A stretch of 64,000 nucleotides of DNA from Octopus sinensis (taxonomy: Eukaryota), in contig NC_042999.1 of assembly GCF_006345805.1 (NCBI RefSeq), forward strand, positions 60,388,001-60,452,000. The letters are read 5' to 3'. The position numbers were made by a program, and so were the translations under genes. This document shows, in pieces, positions 38,735 through 51,857 of the stretch. Positions within the stretch are counted from its first letter, which is position 1. Every line of letters begins with the position of its first letter. Under the pieces are notes generated by a model. It made no database searches, was not told the DNA's origin, and saw only the letters and a list, made by a program, of their open reading frames with translations.

Positions 38735-39260
38735 CAAGGCCAAGGAATTTGGGAAAGGGGGCTACTCGATTACATTGAATGCAGTCAACTGTTACTATTT
38801 TATCGACACCGGAAAGATAAAAGAAAAAGTCGACCTCGGTGAAATTTGAACTTGGAACGGACTGACGAACAAAATGCCGCTAAACAGTTTGCCCGACATG
38901 CTAACGAATTTGTCAGCCGGCCGCCTTAGTAAGATAGAAAAAACTTGGTTTCAAATTTTGCCGCAAGGCCAGTGATTTCGATGGTTGGATAAGTCGCTAA
39001 CTCTCACCCAAATTCTTAACTGGTACTTATATTATCGAAACTGAAAGGAGAAAACGCAAAGTCGACCTCGGTGGAATTTGAACTCAAGGCGTGGAGTCGG
39101 ACAAAGTGCCGTTAAACATTTTCCCCGGTGTCCAATCAATCTTCGCTGGCATATTCGTTTCGAATTTTGGCACTAGACTAGTAGTTTGTGGGGAGGGGCT
39201 AACCCGATTTATTAGACCCTAAGCCCAACTGGTACTTATTTTTTTGCATTGATATGCCAA
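38735..39260 (-). mobile_element. Cluster of degenerate family B SINEs (two copies plus a fragment)
   Basis: Repeated GTCGACCTCGG-GGAATTTGAACT core at about 38828 and 39061. Confidence 0.7.
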
Positions 39261-40342
39261 ATCCTTCGCGAAGGATTTTGCATGTAGATACTCTATTTGT
39301 CAGCATCCACTTCGTGAAAGATTTGGCATGCAGTGCATGAGGATGAGACATTACCAGCAACTCTTTGACGGTAAACACGTGTGTTGACATATGTCCAGAT
39401 GCAGTTTTCACATGTCCTGGACATGTATACAACCAACTGCACGGTTATTAGGGTAAATGGCCATATATTAAAATAATTAAGAATTACGCTTGCGGTCTGT
39501 CAAAAGTTTCTTCTAAGTTTTACTGACACTTGAATGACTACTGCGAAAATGTCATCCTTATGGATGCTTTTTCCGCAATCATATGACGTACTTTCCTTGT
39601 TTGGATTATGCACGATATCTTGTTGGAGGGGTGCGGGATGTTTCACATATATGGAATATTGTTTTTCCTTATATTTAACACATCCGTTACGACACAGTTT
39701 TGTAATAAAACATAAAATCGATGTTACACAAAATGGAGTGATTTCATAGTGATTAGGCACAAATAATGGTGTAGCCTGACCTTCCGATCAGTGCAAGGAA
39801 ACACAGGCTCCATTGGATTTTCAAATTGATGATGATGTTATTGAGTTGCAATTACTGACTGAAGAATTTTCGTTTTTGAGTGACTAGGCGCGAGTTGAAC
39901 TCAAAATGCATGGAGCCGGAGCCGATACCAAGATGGATCCTTTCCATCAGTCTAGCAATAGCGGCAACCAACCCTTGATACACACTTTATAGATCCTGAA
40001 AGAATGCAATGTAAAGTTGACCTTAACTGGATTTGAACTTAGAGCCCAGAAGCAGATACCGCTCAACAGCCAGTCAGATTATTAAACGAATCAAACAATT
40101 TGCTGTTATCAAATAAAGCATAACTAGTATCATTTACTACTACAGGAAGAAGGCTTGAAATTTTGGGGGAAGAAGATAGTTGATTCCATTGACCCCCATT
40201 CCTCAACTTATTTCATTGCTCCCAAAAGGATTACAGGCAATATTGACCTCGGCGCTGTTTCAACTGAGAAACTAAAGTCGGACGAAAGGCCGCTAATCAT
40301 TTTCATCGGCGTGCAAACGATTCCGCCTGCTCACCACCTTAT

Positions 40343-40638
40343 GTTTGTTTGTTCCTTCTCGAGCCATGCCTAGCTCATAGGGCCGGTTTCCCGGTTTCCT
40401 TGGTGTATAAGTTCCCCACCTGCACAGGACGCCGGTCCATCGCAGGTGAGCTGCAAGATGCAGGAGGAAAGAGTGAGAGTAAGTTGTGGCGAAAGAGTCA
40501 GCAGAAGTTTGCTATTACCTTCTGCCGAAGCCGCGTGGAGCTTAGGGGTTCGCTCATAAACATACACATCGCCCGGTCTGAGATTCGAACCCGCGATCCC
40601 TCGACCGCGACTCTAACCACTAGACCATGTGCCTCCAC
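40343..40638 (-). mobile_element. tRNA-derived SINE family C
   Basis: Homologous to 44125-44409. Confidence 0.85.
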
Positions 40639-42074
40639 AATTAATCTTTTAGTGTTTCTAAAATCAGTTACGGTTATAGTTTTGGGCTCGTGAACACCGT
40701 GTCTTTGCTGTTGAGAATATTCGTCAACTTGTAAAACATGACAAGCTTTTTGCTGTACGAGTATTTTCTCTTTGGTAGAACTAAACTAGAAACGTTATAT
40801 GGTTTATTGTGTTTTAATATTTAATCACAATTTGCAATTTTAATCAGGTAACTTTTTTTGTTTCTTGTCTATATTCATTAATTCAGCCAGTCAAAATAAT
40901 GTTTCTGTCTTTTGTCTGAAACTTATGAGACATTGTTACCTTTCTTTCGTATTTGCTTATTTTTGCTATGTCTAGTCTTAAAGGGTATTGGCGGTATTTA
41001 ATTATTCGTGAAGTTAGTCTATCACCCGAAGGAGCTTGCAGTTTCCTCATTTGGAAAATAAAATATATGGAAATATAAATTGGAAGACAATGGTAATGAA
41101 AACTATAGTGAATTTGTTTCAGTACCTTTTCCCACTCCTAATAAAACAACTAGAATTCCTTGCTAAAGTCGTTATGAATTAAGTCTGTGAATATACTTTG
41201 TGTACACGCTCCAAGTTACCAGGTTCTTTTCATCTGAGCGTCAACAGATATTGTTTTTTCAAGGTGAAACTTTTAGCTCTGCATATGGTGAAATTGGAAA
41301 CTGGTTATCTTCTGAATGCCTAAGAAGCTTAATTTTTTAAGAATATTTCTTTGATTTTGTATCAAATTTTTTTTTATTCATAAAGAGGCTAACGTATCTT
41401 AGAAACGGAAATACCCCGAAGAAACGTCGGTTTCATTACTGCATCACTGACGCTAAAAGAAAAAGAAATAACTAATGTGAAATCTTTAAAATTTTTTAAT
41501 CTTATAATCATCCTGTAGGGTGTTACGTTTTGTTTTAATCTAATCTGAAATCTTAAGATGGGCATTGTTATATATTTTTATTGTCATCTTAAGGTGACGA
41601 ACGCCGTTCAGATCTCACGAAATATTGATTTATTTATTCGATTTGAATCAGTTGGCTTGAGGGTCTTGATCTTTAGGATTTGAATTAAATACCATTGCGT
41701 TTCATTAAGTAGAATATTTAATCATAAGACGTCTCATATACCATTTATTCGTTACGAATTGAAGCTATTTCCCTAAATTTACTAATGACCTACATGGAGG
41801 CTTGGACATAATAACACACATAGTAATGTGTGTGTATATGTGTGTGTGTGTGTATGTGTGTGCATGTTTGTCTCTCCAACACTATTCCGATGAAATTATG
41901 AAACGTATTTCCTTGCTAATGGTAAGGAAATAATGGTATCCAAGGTTTTAGAATTAATATATTTTATTACACTTATGCATTTCTAAAGATCATTAATAAA
42001 GGCAACATAAATTTAAGATTTTAGGATATAAGAGCCGAAGGATATGTGGCTGCTATTTCTTAAAGTTCATACAA

Positions 42075-42430
42075 AAGTTCGGTTTTCCTGTCGATGGTTA
42101 CAGCTAAGACGTTCTTTGTGCGTGGCGTACTTATTAGAACGTTCTGCTCACGATCGATTTCTGGCGGCGCATTCTGTTCTCGAACAAGACACTTTATTTC
42201 ACGTTGCTCCGGTCCATTTAGCTTGCAAAAATGAGCTGTAGCTATAATTCAAAAGGCCAGCCATCTTTGGTACAATTTCTGTGTATCACTGAATATTCGT
42301 GAGAACTGCATTAATCGTACATGGGCTTGTAGGGTGCTCAGCCTCTTACATGTTCATTTTTACGAGTAAACTGAACTGTCGATCGGATCAACTTGTTCAA
42401 TCATCGTCGTAATCGATGGAATACCAGATT
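42075..42430 (+). mobile_element. Degenerate SINE family F
   Basis: AACAAGACACTTTATTTCACGTTGCTCC core, then a body matching the reverse complement of 30275-30540. Confidence 0.6.
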
Positions 42431-42584
42431 ACTTTTCAACCATGGATCGGCGTATCAGTCCCATCAGATTAAAACAGGTTTTAATGGCGCTGAATAGGTC
42501 TGTGGATGGAAGGCTTCAAGCTGTGTATTGTTGTCTAGCAGGAACCACGTTGCTGAATGCGACGTAATTTTGATAACGACTGCG

Positions 42585-43008
42585 TTTGTGTATGTGCGTG
42601 TGTGTACATGCACATGTGTGCGTGCGTGCATGTTTGTGTATATGTGTGTGTGTTTGTGTGCGCGCGTGTTCGTGTGTGCGTTTATGTGTGTGTGTGTGCG
42701 TGAGGGTGTGTGTATATATGTGTGCATGTATGCGTGTGTACATGTGTGTATATGTGTCTATGTGCGTGTGTATATGTGCGCATGTGTGCGTGCGTGCATG
42801 TTTGTGTATGTGTGTGTGTATATGGTTGTGGATATGTGTGTGTGCTTGTGTGTGCGCACGTGTGCGTGTGTATGTTTGTGTGTGCGTGCGTGTGCGTTCG
42901 TGTGTGTTTGTATATATGTGTGTGCATGTATGCGTGTGTGCGTGTGTGTATATGTGTGTGCGTATGTGCATATGTGTGTGTGTGTGTTCGTGCGTGCGTG
43001 CGTGTGGG
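42585..43008. repeat. Diverged (GT)n/(GC)/(AT) microsatellite
   Basis: Direct reading; explains the CVCV/HTHT ORFs. Confidence 0.95.
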
Positions 43009-43156
43009 TATGATTCCTGCATATGATGTAGGGTTTCCGATTTCGAAAGCCTTGGATTCGTTCGTGTATATATATCAGCGACTATGGACTCTAATGCATT
43101 CCTACTTGTTTAGACCCTGCGATGCGTCGTTTATAGGAAATTTGATTAGGTATTAC

Positions 43157-43523
43157 AGTGGCTATGTGGTAAGTAGCTTGCTTACAAACCGCATGGTTCC
43201 AGGCTCAGTCCCACTGCGTGTCACCTTGGGCACGTGTCTTCTACTATAGCTTCGGGCCGACCAAAGCCTTGTGATTGGATATGGTAGATGGAAACTAAAA
43301 GAACCCCATATATATATATATATTATATATATATATATATTATATATATATATATATAGGGAGAGTTTACCAAAAAAAAAACAAAAGACGAAGACAGGTG
43401 GTATACAATACAAAACAGATGTATTAGTATAACGCTCAGGAATAGAAAAAGTCTTTTAGGTTTCGAGCCTACGCTCTTCTACAGAAAGGGACAAAAAAAA
43501 AAAACACAAGGAGAATATATATA

Positions 43524-43563
<40 letters not shown>

Positions 43564-43789
43564 TGTATGTGTGTGTGTATCCGTGTTTATCCCCCTATCA
43601 TGGCTTGACAACAGATCCTTGTGTGTTTACGTCCCCGTAACTTAGCGGTTCGGCATAAGAGGCCGATGGAATAAGTACTAGGCTCACAAAGTATAAGTCC
43701 TGAGATCGATGTGCTCGACTAAAGGCGGTGCTTCAGCATGGCCGCAGTCAAATGACTGAAACAAGTAAAAGAGTAAAAAAGTAAAGAGT
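43157..43789 (+). mobile_element. SINE family A with an H1 PLE tail inserted in its internal (TA)n
   Basis: Head and core at 43157-43307, tail at about 43560-43789; H1 tail on the minus strand at 43358-43515 between (TA)n tracts. Confidence 0.85.
43453..43488 (-). ncRNA. Hammerhead-like motif, CUGUNGA variant, stem III palindrome mutated
   Basis: Minus strand reads CTTT-CTGTAGA-A-GAGC-GTAG-GCTC-GAAA-CC-TA-AAAG. Confidence 0.5.
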
Positions 43790-44124
43790 TAGATATATCT
43801 AGCTTGATTAGACTAGCGCTAGTGTCAGTGAACATCGGGGATATAAGCACTAAGGTGCACTGTAAATGCAAGAGTATGCGATTTCAAAATGATTTGGCAC
43901 CTATTTTCAGCGGTTCGGTCTACCATGTTGATACACCTCTTGTAGTTGTTGTCCGGTGAAGGGATAAATTTGATCGATCAAACTTGATTTGTATTCAGAA
44001 CTATTATAGCCTGCTCAGTTTTATATTTAAGAAATGAGCAATTATGTACATTACTTACATTAGTTTCATTATTTACATTCAACGGGTATTTGTCCTCATC
44101 TTGCTTGTTTTTAACACAACGTTT

Positions 44125-44409
44125 AGTGGAGATACATGGCCTAGAGGTTAGAGCAGTGGACTCGCAGTCGAGGAATAGCGGTTTGATGTTTGAGTTTATG
44201 AACGAAGCACCTAAGCTCCACTCGGCTCCGGCAGAAGGTAATGGAGAACTTCTGCTGACTCTTTCGCCACAAATTTCTCTCACTCTTTCCTCCTGCATCT
44301 TGCAGTTCACCTGCGACGGACCAGCTTCCCGTCCAGGTGGGGAAGCTATACGCCAAGGAAACCGGAAACCGGCCCTTATGAGCTTGGTATTGCTCGAGAA
44401 GGAACAAAC
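44125..44409 (+). mobile_element. SINE family C with 12-bp TSD
   Basis: AACACAACGTTT at 44113-44124 and 44410-44421. Confidence 0.88.
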
Positions 44410-44431
44410 AACACAACGTTTCGGCTGATAT

Positions 44432-44665
44432 ACCTATTTCTTTACTACCGACAAGGGGCTAAACACAGAGAGGACAAACAAGGACAGACAAGCGGATTAA
44501 GTCGATTATATCGACCCAGTGCGTAACTGGTACTTATTTAATCGACCCCGAAAGGATGAAAGGCAAAGTCGACCTCGATGGAATTAGAACTCAGAACGTA
44601 ACGGCAGACGAATTACCGCTAAGCATTTCGCCCGGCGCGCTAACGATTCTTCCAGCTCACCGCCT
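44432..44665 (-). mobile_element. SINE family B with 16-bp TSD
   Basis: TTTCGGCTGATATACC (44419-44434) and TTTCGACTGATATACC (44666-44681). Confidence 0.88.
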
Positions 44666-44999
44666 TTTCGACTGATATACCTTCCAGCCTTCTTTGGGGA
44701 AATTTCGAACCTGGGTTCTCATTCCTAAGGTATTTTTCGATGTTGTTATTATTATTATTATTGTTATTATTATTATTATTGTTCTGGTCACTGCTTGGAA
44801 TCGAACTCAAACACAATACACGATAATATATGTATGCGTGTATGTGGTTTGGGTGTGTATATGTAGTGTGCTTATAAATGTGTGATTGCATGCAAGTATT
44901 GAAAACAGAAATCGCCGTCTTTCCGACGACCAATTCCACTTAACTTTCTTAGCAATGAGTTTTTGTGTGTGTGTTTGTGGTGTGTGTGTGTGTGTGTGT

Positions 45000-45033
<34 letters not shown>

Positions 45034-45183
45034 CGAATATGATAACTTGGGCGAAACATCGGAGTCACTGTCAGTACTATTATTGTTAAAGAATAATAAA
45101 TTTCTTCTCTCCGAAGGTATCGAGTACTCCTTCAGTTTAATGTAAAACTGTTTTTATTATAAGTTAGCATAAAAACAAAAATT

Positions 45184-45216
<33 letters not shown>

Positions 45217-45689
45217 CTTCACGTTTGTGTATGTGTTCGTGTGTGTGTGTGTGTATGTGTGTGTGTGTGTATGTATGCTGCTGTGTGTATTTTTTATGTG
45301 TTTATCTAATAAGAACACTGATAGAGATAGAAACAATGTAAAGCAGATAAAAAGCGATACATAAAGTTAACATATAGGAAAACAGAGAAAGCGAAAGACA
45401 AAGAGAAAGAGAGAGGGGAAGTAGGTAGATAGATAGATAGATAGATAGTTAGACATACAGATAGATAGACAGAGTGTGAACAAGAGTGAGAGAGATAGAT
45501 AGATAGTAAAATGGGAATGAATGGCTACATAAAGTTGTAAATGTAAACCGATAGAATTGCTATGCCAGAATTGCCAATTTCAATTACGTTGTCCGATGAA
45601 AATACTCAGTATTTTGACATAAAATATCCTTCAGACAATATTTATACTCATTTGTACAATATCTCTCATATATCACATACACACATAGG

Positions 45690-45700
45690 CATATATATAC

Positions 45701-45748
<48 letters not shown>

Positions 45749-45855
45749 GTATATATATATATGTATATATATATGCATACATATATGTATATATATATGT
45801 ATGTATATATATATGTATATATATGCATATATATATGTATGAATATATATGTATG

Positions 45856-45893
<38 letters not shown>

Positions 45894-45934
45894 CATATAT
45901 ATATACATATATATATATATACATATATATATAC

Positions 45935-45973
<39 letters not shown>

Positions 45974-46030
45974 GATTCATACATTCATATATACACAAAC
46001 ACTATATATGCATCTTATGTACGTATGTAT

Positions 46031-46099
<69 letters not shown>

Positions 46100-46100
46100 A
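45690..46100. repeat. (TA)n-rich microsatellite
   Basis: Direct reading. Confidence 0.95.
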
Positions 46101-46525
46101 ATAAATATCGTCTTCATTTTATATCCATCATAATATTTACAAAGGCTTAAATTTTAGATTTCCTAAGACTTCTTTCCAAATTTTTCACTCATTCTTTAAT
46201 TTATTCATTCATTCATCATTCTTTCATTGATTCATTCGTTCATTCATTCTTTTTATTATCTATTAGAAAGTGAATATGATGATGACATATTATGGCTTCA
46301 CATTGATTCCATGGTTTATGGATTCCTGCCAACATTTTGCAATTGTTATATTTCTAAAGCATTATCTTCAGGGAATATATTCCCAATATAAGAGTAGAAA
46401 TAAAACAAAGGAAATTGTCTATTTCTCTCATAACGTTAGTATCTATCTATCTATTTATCTATCTGTCTATCTGTCTCTCTGTCTGTCCATTTATCTGTGC
46501 ATCTGTCTCTCCGTCTGTCTCTCTT

Positions 46526-46608
<83 letters not shown>

Positions 46609-46766
46609 GCTTGTCTTCCGATATTTAACTAGCTATTTACTAATATACATGTTTCAACACGTACACATGCACACAGGTACATACATACATACATACGTAC
46701 ATATACACGCGCACACAGACAGACACACACACACACACATATAATATATATATATATGTACATATA

Positions 46767-46828
<62 letters not shown>

Positions 46829-46850
46829 GTGCATATATATATATATATAT

Positions 46851-46884
<34 letters not shown>

Positions 46885-47344
46885 CATGTATATGCATATA
46901 CATACACACAGACGCACACCAACGCACATACACAAGCACGCACACAGTGTCTGCTTGCTCCTGCTTTCCTCACTTTCAATATTTTCTTTTCGGCCATATT
47001 CTATAATCCGCTTCTTTCTCTATCTCGTTCGCACCCTCTCCCCACTCACTCTCTCTTATGTTCTGTCGTTTACACTCACACACAAAAGCTCATGGTCTAC
47101 AATACTACAACATACAAAGATCACACACACACAAACGTGTATTTGTTCTTCAACCACTTCACATTTACTGATTATGTATGAAATACCAATACATTCACAC
47201 ATACGTACATAGATACATACGTACACAACCACACACATGTATGGAGAGATAGATGGATAGAAAGATAAATAGAAGGATAATTAGGTACATATATAGATAG
47301 ATAGGTAGATATATAGATAGATAAATAGATAACTAGGTAGCTAT

Positions 47345-47355
47345 ACAGATAGTAA

Positions 47356-47446
<91 letters not shown>
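47345..47446. repeat. (GATA)n
   Basis: Direct reading. Confidence 0.97.
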
Positions 47447-47447
<1 letters not shown>

Positions 47448-47653
47448 GTTTCTTTATTGGCCACACAGGACTGCACACAGATGGGACAAGTTACAAAGTA
47501 GAGCTTTTCTTTTGGGGGATGAAGAGAACAAAAAACAAAAGAAAAAAAAAGGGGTGGCGTAGGTTTTCGATCATGAGGGATCGTAAAAGGGAACAAAAGA
47601 ACAAAAACAAAAAAAAAATGAATAAAATAAAAAGAATAAAAAGAAAAAAAAAG

Positions 47654-47657
<4 letters not shown>
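47447..47657 (-). mobile_element. Short 3'-end copy of the L1/Tx1-type element
   Basis: Same terminus (TGTGCAG-CCTGTGTGGC-AATAAAGAAAC) as 47691 onward; (GATA)n on both sides. Confidence 0.8.
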
Positions 47658-47685
<28 letters not shown>

Positions 47686-47689
47686 AATA

Positions 47690-50427
47690 TGTTTCTTTAT
47701 TAGCCACACAGGGCTGCACACAGATAGAACAAATTACAAGGTAGAGCTTTTCTTTTGAAGGTTTAAAAAAAAAAAAAATAATAAATAAATAAATAAAAAA
47801 ATAAAATTAAAATAAAATAAAAAAGGGGGGGTCGATCAAAAGGGATCGTAAAAGGAGAGAAAGAGGACAAAAAAAAGGGGGGTTAAAAAAATGGGGGAGA
47901 GGAAAAGAATTGATCAATAGGGATCGTTATCACAGAAATGTCAATATGAAGTGTAAAGGGGAGGACAGGTGAGGTTTACCCGTGGAAAGAAAAGCCTACG
48001 GAAAAGACCACGGTAACCTCGGTCAATGAAGTCACATGTTATATTTCTTTTTTTTTTTTTTTTTGCAAATAAGCAACTCTCTGTATTAATTTTTACGGTT
48101 CATAGAATCATAGTCAAGGTGGCTTCGTCATTCATACGTGCCATCCTTGCTACATTCACCCATCTTTTTTTAAAACATTCACTAGACAAAACTTGCCTCT
48201 CTACTCTCACTTTTTTCTTCAAGTGATACTTGAAGAAGTTGATGAGAGATTGACCAGAGAGGAAAGTGTTTGTCTCTAATCCTTTCAGACGCGTCCACCA
48301 GATACATTCTTTCGCCATAGCCACAAGTATGATAAAAATAGCTCTTCCTTCCCGTTTGAAGGAAGGAGGCGTGACGATATTAACGATAGACTCGGCTGAT
48401 AAACCGACACGTCCCACACGTGACAGCAGTCGTTCGACATAAGCCCACAGGTGGGAAATTGCTGGACACTGCACGATTGCGTGCAGAGCGGTTTCGTCGC
48501 TCTGCCCGCATCTCGGGCAGGTCGGCCCCGTGTTTCTCGAGCCATGCCTATAGAGCTTATCCCGAACGGGTAGCGCTTCTCGGTAGCACCGCCAGGCCAG
48601 GGATCTCTGGAAGTTGTCCATAGGTCCCGGGCCGAAAGTCGTTTGAAACAGGCGGGTCAGGTATTCCTCGTCGACGCCCAGGTTTGCCCCGAGCTCGTCG
48701 TCGTACCTCCCCTCCACTAATCCCCTATAGAATGCTTTGGTTGTGTTGAAGTCACTCAAGGTCGACCCGGGACGGCAGAGTTGCTTGAGAGCAACGCGAC
48801 ACTCGCGGTGCCATTCGCCCTTCTTCGGCCTCTTTTTGATCCACGACTGTAGTTCGGTCATGGAGACGAGTTGCGGGAATGCGTGCCTCACAAACGGCGA
48901 CCACACCTGTTCACCGTCGTCTACATAGAGCCGGAGATGTCGCAGTCTCAGCGCGTGTCTGCGCATCATCAACCACGGCATGCCCAGCCCTCCTTTTAAC
49001 GGGTGTTGACAGCAAATGGATCGCCTGACCATCGGGACGCATCCTTTCCACAAGAAGCGGAAGAGGATGCGTTCTAGTTTGGTGATGGTAGGGTCGGGAC
49101 AAGGTACGACGGTCAGGCGGTAGTAGATGATGGACGCGATGTACGCGTTCACCACCTCCGTCCGACCTTTTAGGGACAGTTTCCTCTCGGCCCATTGCTG
49201 GGCGAGAGTGACCACCCTACTCGTTATCTCGTTCCAGTTCTTCTCCATTTGGAGGTCCGGACCGAACCAGACCCCGAGCAACTCAACCGGGCCGTCTGTC
49301 CAGCGTCCCACGACGGAGGTACTGGTGGACGGCATGGGCTTGCTTCTCCAGGTGCCGAGCCGCAAGCCCACTGACTTTTCCCGGTTGATTTTTGCTCCTG
49401 TCACCGCTTCGTAGTCTTTCAGTGTCTCGCCGACCCGCTCGATGTGCTCGTGGCTTGACACTATGACGGTGACGTCGTCCGCGTATGCAGACACGCTCGT
49501 CCCGCATCCTAATTCTCGCGGGATGCCCCTCAGAGTCGCCAGCTTCCGCAGTAGTGGCTCAAGAGTCAATACGTATAGAAGCGCCGAGAGGGGGCATCCC
49601 TGACCGACCGAACGTGCAATGTCGAAGGGTCTCGATAGATGTCCATTTACGCGAATTACCGAACGGATGCCTCTGTACAAGGCAGCTATCCAGCCGCAGA
49701 AGACGGGCCCGAAACCAGCCGCTCTCAGGACTGCCTCCAAGTATCGATGGTCTACCCTATCAAAGGCTTTCGATTGATCCAAGTTGATCAGGGCCCCACC
49801 CATGCCAGGTTCGTTAACTACCCTGTCTATGATGTAGCGCATCAGATGGAGGTTGTCATGGATGCTCCGGCCCGGCACGGCGCACGTTTGTGCGTTGTCG
49901 ACCAGTTTCTCCATGACAAGCGCCAACCTCTTGGCTAACACCTTTGTCAAAATTTTCAGGTCTGCATTGAGCAGAGTGATTGGCCTAAAGTTATCTATAA
50001 TGTTTCCTTGTTTGGATCTTTCTTCAGCAGAGTTACAGCTCCTCGACTCACAAAACCGGGTATGCTCCCGTTTTGCTGCCAGTTGCAGTATACCGCTGCC
50101 AAGACGTCTCCAAACAAGTCTGGCATACAATAGTAAAATTCGTAGGGTAGACCATCCAAACCCGGTGATTTGTCCCTCGAGCATTCTGCCATCGCTTCCC
50201 GCACTTCCGCCGCCGTGATGGCACCTTCGCAGCACCCTGCCTTTCTTGTCGAGAGTCGTGGCAGGCTATGTAGGTAGGCACTGAAGTCTACCCTACGTTC
50301 TTGCCCTCCACTCGTCCCGAACAGTCGGGCAAAATGCTGCTGAAAGGCCTCACACATTTTACTTGGCTCGAGCAATTCGCGCCCCTGTTCATCTACCAGT
50401 GACCGAATGGTGGCTTTGTTGCCCTGG
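47690..50427 (-). mobile_element. 5'-truncated L1/Tx1-clade non-LTR retrotransposon
   Basis: SPGLDGLPYEFY, NFRPITLLNADLKIL, DQSKAFDRV, QGCPLS, YADD (49474-49485), C-terminal CPRCGQSDETALHAIVQC; 3' UTR ends AATAAAGAAAC against (TATC)n. Confidence 0.92.
48100..50427 (-). pseudogene. ORF2 (RT and C-terminal zinc knuckle) of the L1/Tx1 element, one frameshift near 50010
   Basis: The 126-aa ORF ends LLKKDPNK and the 711-aa ORF resumes GNIIDNFRPITLL in another frame; the listed N-terminus of the 711-aa ORF is out-of-frame sequence; APE domain absent. Confidence 0.85.
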
Positions 50428-50498
50428 TCTGTCTATTTATCTACCTATCTATCTATCCATCAATTTATCTATCTGGTTATCTATCTCTCTATTCCTCA

Positions 50499-50556
<58 letters not shown>

Positions 50557-50585
50557 ATCTATCTATCTATCTATCTAGATTGATG

Positions 50586-50640
<55 letters not shown>

Positions 50641-50712
50641 TGAGGGATAGAGAGATAGATAACCAGATAGATAAATTGATGGATAGATAGATAGGTAGAT
50701 AAATAGACAGAC
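50427..50712. repeat. Inverted duplication of an interrupted (TCTA)n/(GATA)n tract
   Basis: Diagnostic interruptions (GTCTGTCTATTTATCTACC, CCATCAATT, CTGGTT, CCTCAAT) are mirrored in both arms. Confidence 0.9.
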
Positions 50713-51381
50713 GGAGAGACAGATACTCAGATAGATGGACAGACAGACAGAGATTCAGACAGGCAGATAGACAGATAGATAAGTAGATAGATAGTTAGAT
50801 AGATAGATACTAACATTAATATATAAATATCTCTTCTCTTCTACTCTTCTTTACAATTTCTGAAATCTCAATAATTATTCTTGCATTTCCATTCCACATA
50901 ACCTTCTTTATTACCAATCTTTACTTCATGTTCATCTCCATTTTAACATACCTCTACCAGCAACTCCTCATTCCTCACAGACTCCCATACCTTTCAATCA
51001 CTAGATTACTTTCTCCTTTCACTCTACCATATATTCAGTATCTCTCTTTTCATATCACTTTCATATCTCTTTCTTCATATAATTTTCTTTCCCTGGCACC
51101 CTTTCGCTCTTAGTCTATATTTTATATGACTCCATACACCCAATTTCCTTTTACACCTTGGCACTTTCCGTCTCTTATATTTTCTCGTAATATAATAGTA
51201 ATATAATTCTTTCATTCGTTGGGTTATTTCGCTTTTCTCATTTACTACATGTTCTTACATACCGTATTACCTGGAATAGCCTTGTCATTTCTTCCGCCTC
51301 TTTTGTTTCTCTAACTTTTCCACTGTTTTCTCATTTCCTTACAATTTGTCGCCCTATATGTTTCAATTCACATTTACTATC

Positions 51382-51480
<99 letters not shown>

Positions 51481-51496
51481 ATATATATATATATAC

Positions 51497-51548
<52 letters not shown>

Positions 51549-51640
51549 AGAGTTTACGAAAAGAACAAAAGACGAAGACAGGTGGTGTACAAAACAGACA
51601 GACGTATTGTATTAGTATAACACTCAGGAATAGAAAAAGT

Positions 51641-51676
51641 CTGTTACGTTTCGAGCCTACGCTCTTCTACAGAAAG
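51641..51676 (-). ncRNA. Hammerhead-like motif, CUGUNGA variant
   Basis: Minus strand reads CTTT-CTGTAGA-A-GAGC-GTAG-GCTC-GAAA-CG-TA-ACAG. Confidence 0.6.
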
Positions 51677-51821
51677 GGTCACAGAAAAAAACAAGGAGAG
51701 AAACAAGAAGAGAAAAAAATATGTGTAGTGGCTAACACCTGTGTCTGTGTGTGTACGTGGGTTTGTGTGTGTGTGTATATAAGTATATTATATTTTTTCT
51801 CTCCTTGCTTTTTCTGTGTAC

Positions 51822-51857
51822 CTTTTTGTAGAAGAGCGTAGGCTCGAAACGTAAAAG
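51822..51857 (+). ncRNA. Hammerhead-like motif, variant with additional C3U
   Basis: CTTT-TTGTAGA-A-GAGC-GTAG-GCTC-GAAA-CG-TA-AAAG. Confidence 0.5.

Larger units (their letters stand above)
44040..44808 (-). mobile_element. H3 tRNA-head/(AAT)n/hammerhead element split by two nested SINEs
   Basis: Pieces 44040-44124, 44410-44434 and 44666-44808 join to rebuild the 14250-14525 sequence. Confidence 0.8.

Noticed and set aside
48285-50281. Several GC-rich alternative-frame and antisense ORFs
   Set aside because: Shadows of the L1/Tx1 ORF2.
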